A DNA stretch of 56,857 bases, the filler included, from Stramenopiles sp. TOSAG23-2 (Eukaryota), in NCBI GenBank assembly GCA_900128395.1. It is 4 parts of 4 records of this genome, joined end to end, with 100 filler letters (N's around TTAATTAATTAA, not from the genome) between each part and the next. Parts side by side here need not be neighbours in the genome. Positions count along the whole stretch, not along the records: positions 42,754 to 56,857 come from LT649771.1; 3 more parts are not named here. One strand, given 5' to 3'. The position numbers and the translations under genes are program-made. Positions within the stretch are counted from its first letter, which is position 1, and every line of letters begins with the position of its first letter. The notes beneath the pieces are model-generated. The model saw only the letters and a list, made by a program, of their open reading frames with translations, was not told the DNA's origin and ran no database searches. Below, in pieces: positions 52,794-56,857 of the stretch.

Positions 52794-54497
52794 ATGGCGT
52801 CGTTGACAACTGATAATGAAAATCCATCAGCAAAAAGACAACACCAGGAATTGGATACAGCTTCCATGCAAGCGTTGGAAAATGATGAAGAGAGAAAAAA
52901 GAAAAAGAAAAAAAAACTGGCAAATAGACGGCAACACGGATTGAAGCCATCAGCCACCGTCGAAGCGTTGGGAAATGACGAGAAAGAGCAAAGTATAAGT
53001 TTTGGTGCAATCATTTCTCCACCAACATTCACTTTTATACCTCCCACGCAAGCGTTGGATATTGAAAGCTCTGTCAGTTACAATGAAGAGAAAGAAGAAC
53101 CACAGGCAAAAAGACAACGGCAAGGATTGAAGCCATCTACCGTCGCAGCGTTGGAAAATGACAAGAAATTGCGAAGTGTAAGTTTTGGTACATTTATTTT
53201 GCCAGCTGGAGTTGAATCAGCCTGTGGAATATTTTCAAATGTAACAGAACTTTTAGATACTAAATCATTATTGGCTTTGAAAGAATCTTCTTTAATAAAA
53301 CAGTTTAGAAAAGAATTTGGATCAAATGATTTTGAATGTTACCGTAAAAAAGCATTGCATCCTAAGTTTGGTGGATATAGAAACATTAATGAACTGATTT
53401 ATCTCCAAAAAAAACTCTACGAAATCTATTATGATTATAGATCAATGTTTGTAGATTTAACAAATGAAAGGGAAGTTCATATCAGAAACGGTAGGGGTGA
53501 ATTGCCAACACCATTTTTATGTGCCTGCGAACTAGGAAATCTGGAGGATGTTCAAGCAATGGTTGATCTTTTCGAGTTTCATCGCTATGTCTGGGATCTT
53601 CCGTATCCTGTACCGTGGGAGGTTCCCCGCCCCTGGACCCGCCACTTGCGGGGACTGAAGGGGGAAGTATTTGTTTCTTACGGCGCATCCAGCCCCAATG
53701 GTAGTTTGAACGAGATGATCAGTCATTTTGGTGTTAATTGTGATAGCAATAGTAAGTTCACACCTTTAATGGCAGCTGTATTTCAAGAACATCCTCATAT
53801 TGTTCAATATTTACTAGATATTGGTGCAGATGCTAGTGTAACAGTGAATGATGCCGTGCTCTCGGATGGCTTCCACATGTTTGACGATGATCATGAAGGG
53901 GATTTTTTTTATTATACCAGCGAAAGGACTGCCCTTCATCTTGCATGTTTTATTAATATGAGTATCAATATTGCAAAATTACTACTGGAAAAGGGTGGTA
54001 CGGACCAGATTAACCGGGTATATGGAGGATCAACTCCTTTGGATGTGGTTTTTGCGGCACTTAATAATCATAGTAATATTTTGGATGGCCGTGACCCCTT
54101 GTTTCTGTGGGGATCTCCGAACGTGGAAGAGCGTGATAGTACCATTCTCGATGATTTTGTCAAGTTACTACGTGCCCATGGCGGTAAAGCAAATAGACAT
54201 GATATAAATGGTAATGAAACAGGATATGGTAGTGGTGATTTAGATGGAGGGATGGGCATGAAGAAGGGTAGATTAGTTTTAGCAACAGACTTAGTTTATG
54301 CGAAAGATGTCTTATCTTGTATTCCATTGGAAGAGCTTAATAAAGAGCACTATGGTACATTTAGAGATTGCGCCGAACGTTTATACACTTTGAACACTCT
54401 CTTGGATTTTGTATATGCAAATAGAGATAATCCAATTCGAGAAGATCTTATCAAAATAATCCAAGATAAAGGTGGTAAAAAATATAGAAGGTGGTAA
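52794..54497 (+). CDS. Ankyrin-repeat protein with triplicated N-terminal segment, 567 aa
   Basis: TPFLCACELGNLEDVQ, TPLMAAVFQEHPHIVQYLL, TALHLAC..IAKLLLE, STPLDV..LLRAHGGK; three KRQ..ALEND-like repeats at the N-terminus. ORF-track start is TTG; ATG at 52794 in an ACCATGG context. Confidence 0.82.
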   Translation: MASLTTDNENPSAKRQHQELDTASMQALENDEERKKKKKKKLANRRQHGLKPSATVEALGNDEKEQSISFGAIISPPTFTFIPPTQALDIESSVSYNEEKEEPQAKRQRQGLKPSTVAALENDKKLRSVSFGTFILPAGVESACGIFSNVTELLDTKSLLALKESSLIKQFRKEFGSNDFECYRKKALHPKFGGYRNINELIYLQKKLYEIYYDYRSMFVDLTNEREVHIRNGRGELPTPFLCACELGNLEDVQAMVDLFEFHRYVWDLPYPVPWEVPRPWTRHLRGLKGEVFVSYGASSPNGSLNEMISHFGVNCDSNSKFTPLMAAVFQEHPHIVQYLLDIGADASVTVNDAVLSDGFHMFDDDHEGDFFYYTSERTALHLACFINMSINIAKLLLEKGGTDQINRVYGGSTPLDVVFAALNNHSNILDGRDPLFLWGSPNVEERDSTILDDFVKLLRAHGGKANRHDINGNETGYGSGDLDGGMGMKKGRLVLATDLVYAKDVLSCIPLEELNKEHYGTFRDCAERLYTLNTLLDFVYANRDNPIREDLIKIIQDKGGKKYRRW

Positions 54498-54874
54498 AAG
54501 GGGGTATTGTGGGTGGTAAAAGGGGGTATTGTTATCCATAAAATAGTGAATCAGAAGGTTCCGACTCTGAAGGATCAGCTGGAGGTGAAGCATGAAGGCT
54601 CTGAGAATAACATATTTATTTTTAGTATATTTAAATACTAATGGTATAAATAATAAAAAAAATACACAGAAGTGTATTTTTTATAAAAGTTTAATAAATA
54701 TTATCATATTACGACTCGTATGATACTTGAGTATATTTTTTTTATATAATATTAAAAAAATATATATTATGCATATGATACGAGACGTATTAATATCGCG
54801 TATAATATTTTAAAAAAAAGAAAAAACAACACGGAGACACGCGATTATTTCACCCCCTCCTTTTTCATCTCTCT

Positions 54875-56647
54875 CTACTGCAACTGATATTCAAAGACAT
54901 ATGGTGATGATGATGAATTCTTTTCTTCATCACCACTACCTAATTTATCAACTTGCAATAAATCTTTTGATTTTTCTAAATCAAATTTAATATCTAAAAA
55001 TCTTGGATTCTTTTCATTTCGTTTAATTTCAATAATACCTTCTATGATTGTATTGACTTTTAACATTTTTGATGGTATCTTCAAATACACAAGCGTCTGT
55101 TTCCAATGTGTTGGTACACTATCTGGTCCAGTTTTTAATACAATAGGAACTTCACATTGCTCATTAAAATCGCAATCAAAACTTATAACAAATCCTATTA
55201 ATTGTCCTTCCTTTTGAACAGATAATTTAAATGTTGCAACTAAATCTAATTCACTTGGCTTAATAGTTTGTATATCTAAATCCCATATAGGAATCATTGG
55301 TGTAAAAATAGATTTTGGGTTTACGATCGTCACATCAGCTTCTTGTAATACGTCTTTTTGCATACACATCATATCATATCCATATACATTTTCCCAATAA
55401 TTGACTTTATCGTTCCATATAGCCATATCCGATAGACCACCTAAATGTACTGTTGCGGAGTTTGGAAACATAACACCACCTTGAGGTTTTAACCATTGAT
55501 CACGTGCAACTAATACCGTTTCCAACATGCATTCATATACTAATGCATATCCCATCCATTCCGATACAATAATATCAACTTTATCAATGCCATCTGGAAG
55601 CTTAATGTTTTCAACTTTGCCATGTAAAATAGTGATTTGATTTTGAAATCCATTTTTAAGTACAATTTCCATTGCACGAAATGCCATATCTGACATATCG
55701 ATTCCAATCACATGCTTTGCACCAGCTTTAGCAGCAAACATTGATAATATACCGGTACCACAACCTATATCCAATACGACCTTTCCAGCAAATAATTTTG
55801 GATTTTTTAACATTGCATCTTTATATGCGTTTGTTCTTGATTTATCTTTTAACATTGTTTCATGGATACCATAATGTGAATAACTATCAAAATAATATGT
55901 ATCATTATCAGGGCCATCGCTATTATTTAAATTATCATCATCTCCAGTAGTAGTAGTACTAGATGCAATATTATTGTTGTCATCATTAGCTACAAGAGAA
56001 CGTAACATTCCTTGGCATCGTTTTACCATTTCTTTTAAATGCAAATTTTCATCATGTACTGCTTTCATCTGTACAAACATATTTTCTTTTGCATTTGTTG
56101 ATAATTGATTGAATCTTTCTACCATATCTTCCATTGATTCATCAGTATTATTATTATTGTTATTATTGTTATTATTGTTATTATTTGTTACATTTTCTTC
56201 ATCTTCAAACTCTGGTACTTCATCATCACTTTCATCATTATCATCCTCATCATCACTAAACTCATCAAATGCATCGATTGATGATGTGATATACAATATT
56301 AAAGGATCATTTGGGATAACTGGTGTTAAAAATTGTTCTTTTAAACCTTCCATAAAATTTGTTGTATTAAATTTATTTATAATAGTATTTATTTCACTAC
56401 TATTACCACATTGTTTTATTGTATATCGTATGTAATTAATAATTTTTATTGCACCATATATTCCAACGTTAGGTTGACTACATATATTTAATACATCAAA
56501 CTTGTATTGTGTTATCATATACTCACATGCTTCTTTTGGAGTATTGAAAACTTGATCAGAAAATAAATCAATGGTTGAAATGGTTTCATTTGCATTTTCA
56601 TTATTATTTACTTCTTCCCATTCTTCGTTTTCTAGTATAGATGCCAT
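54875..56647 (-). CDS. PRMT3: Type I protein arginine methyltransferase, PRMT3-like, 590 aa
   Basis: YFDSYSHYGIHETMLKDKSRT, VVLDIGCGTGILSMFAAKAGA, VDIIVSEWMGY, THWKQT; PRMT3-type N-terminus (YGAIKIINYIR, FLTPVIPNDPL). Confidence 0.88.
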   Translation of the reverse strand: MASILENEEWEEVNNNENANETISTIDLFSDQVFNTPKEACEYMITQYKFDVLNICSQPNVGIYGAIKIINYIRYTIKQCGNSSEINTIINKFNTTNFMEGLKEQFLTPVIPNDPLILYITSSIDAFDEFSDDEDDNDESDDEVPEFEDEENVTNNNNNNNNNNNNNTDESMEDMVERFNQLSTNAKENMFVQMKAVHDENLHLKEMVKRCQGMLRSLVANDDNNNIASSTTTTGDDDNLNNSDGPDNDTYYFDSYSHYGIHETMLKDKSRTNAYKDAMLKNPKLFAGKVVLDIGCGTGILSMFAAKAGAKHVIGIDMSDMAFRAMEIVLKNGFQNQITILHGKVENIKLPDGIDKVDIIVSEWMGYALVYECMLETVLVARDQWLKPQGGVMFPNSATVHLGGLSDMAIWNDKVNYWENVYGYDMMCMQKDVLQEADVTIVNPKSIFTPMIPIWDLDIQTIKPSELDLVATFKLSVQKEGQLIGFVISFDCDFNEQCEVPIVLKTGPDSVPTHWKQTLVYLKIPSKMLKVNTIIEGIIEIKRNEKNPRFLDIKFDLEKSKDLLQVDKLGSGDEEKNSSSSPYVFEYQLQ

Positions 56648-56857
56648 AATTTAAATTATGTATATAAAAAAATAAATTTGACGTATATCAATTATTTTAA
56701 TTTTGTTTTTCTATATCACAAATATATATATATATACGGCAATACAATTTTACAATAATTTTTACAATAGATATTTATGTTTCTATATATTGTTCCTTCT
56801 TGTAGCTACAATATTTCTAGATATACGGGAAGAAACAAATGATGACGTGATGTATGT

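Noticed and set aside
54545-54606. Possible box C/D snoRNA (two CTGA motifs)
   Set aside because: No convincing box C or terminal stem; it reads better as a leftover coding tail (SESEGSDSEGSAGGEA*).
135-56435. Numerous 60-210 aa ORF-track entries overlapping long genes or translating TA/CA repeats
   Set aside because: Shadow ORFs on antisense or alternative frames, often with TTG/GTG starts and no recognisable motifs.
1-56857. Alternative genetic code or stop-codon readthrough
   Set aside because: Conserved genes translate fully in the standard code and TAA, TAG and TGA all terminate genes; broken ORFs are explained by canonical introns or contig ends.

Overview
AT-rich eukaryotic (protist) genomic DNA, not prokaryotic. 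The window is four unrelated ~14.1 kb contigs (1-14195, 14296-28439, 28540-42653, 42754-56857; lengths 14195, 14144, 14114, 14104, i.e. sorted by length) joined by artificial 100-bp linkers (44 N + TTAATTAATTAA + 44 N), so adjacency across linkers has no biological meaning. Genes are mostly intronless. I reconstructed four short GT-AG introns, each with a CTAAC branch point, which join ORF-track fragments into three genes. Contig 1: bacterial-type N-acyl-D-amino-acid deacylase ending in a PTS1-like SKM, a thiolase-like protein, a ~400-bp MITE-like element, a spliced PAN/C-type-lectin + 3TM + RBR E3 ligase gene, a Slo/BK-type K+ channel, and the 3' end of a 42-aa TPR gene missing from the ORF track. 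Contig 2: 5'-truncated sacsin-like gene, a four-TM hypothetical protein and TTLL6/13. Contig 3: CTL/SLC44 transporter, EF-hand protein, spliced ankyrin protein, a hypothetical protein, spliced patatin phospholipase, and a Myb/SANT-like gene cut by a fold-back chimera suggestive of MDA single-cell amplification. Contig 4: FAM221A-like, alpha/beta hydrolase, CDC123, FBXO21-like F-box protein, a hypothetical protein, an ankyrin protein and PRMT3. TTLL6/13 and FAM221A-like genes suggest a flagellated organism (inference; possibly an uncultured marine heterotroph). The best candidate for a novel system is the lectin-ectodomain receptor fused through the membrane to an RBR ubiquitin ligase (5820-8098). 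All family calls come from motif recognition by eye; no database searches were run.
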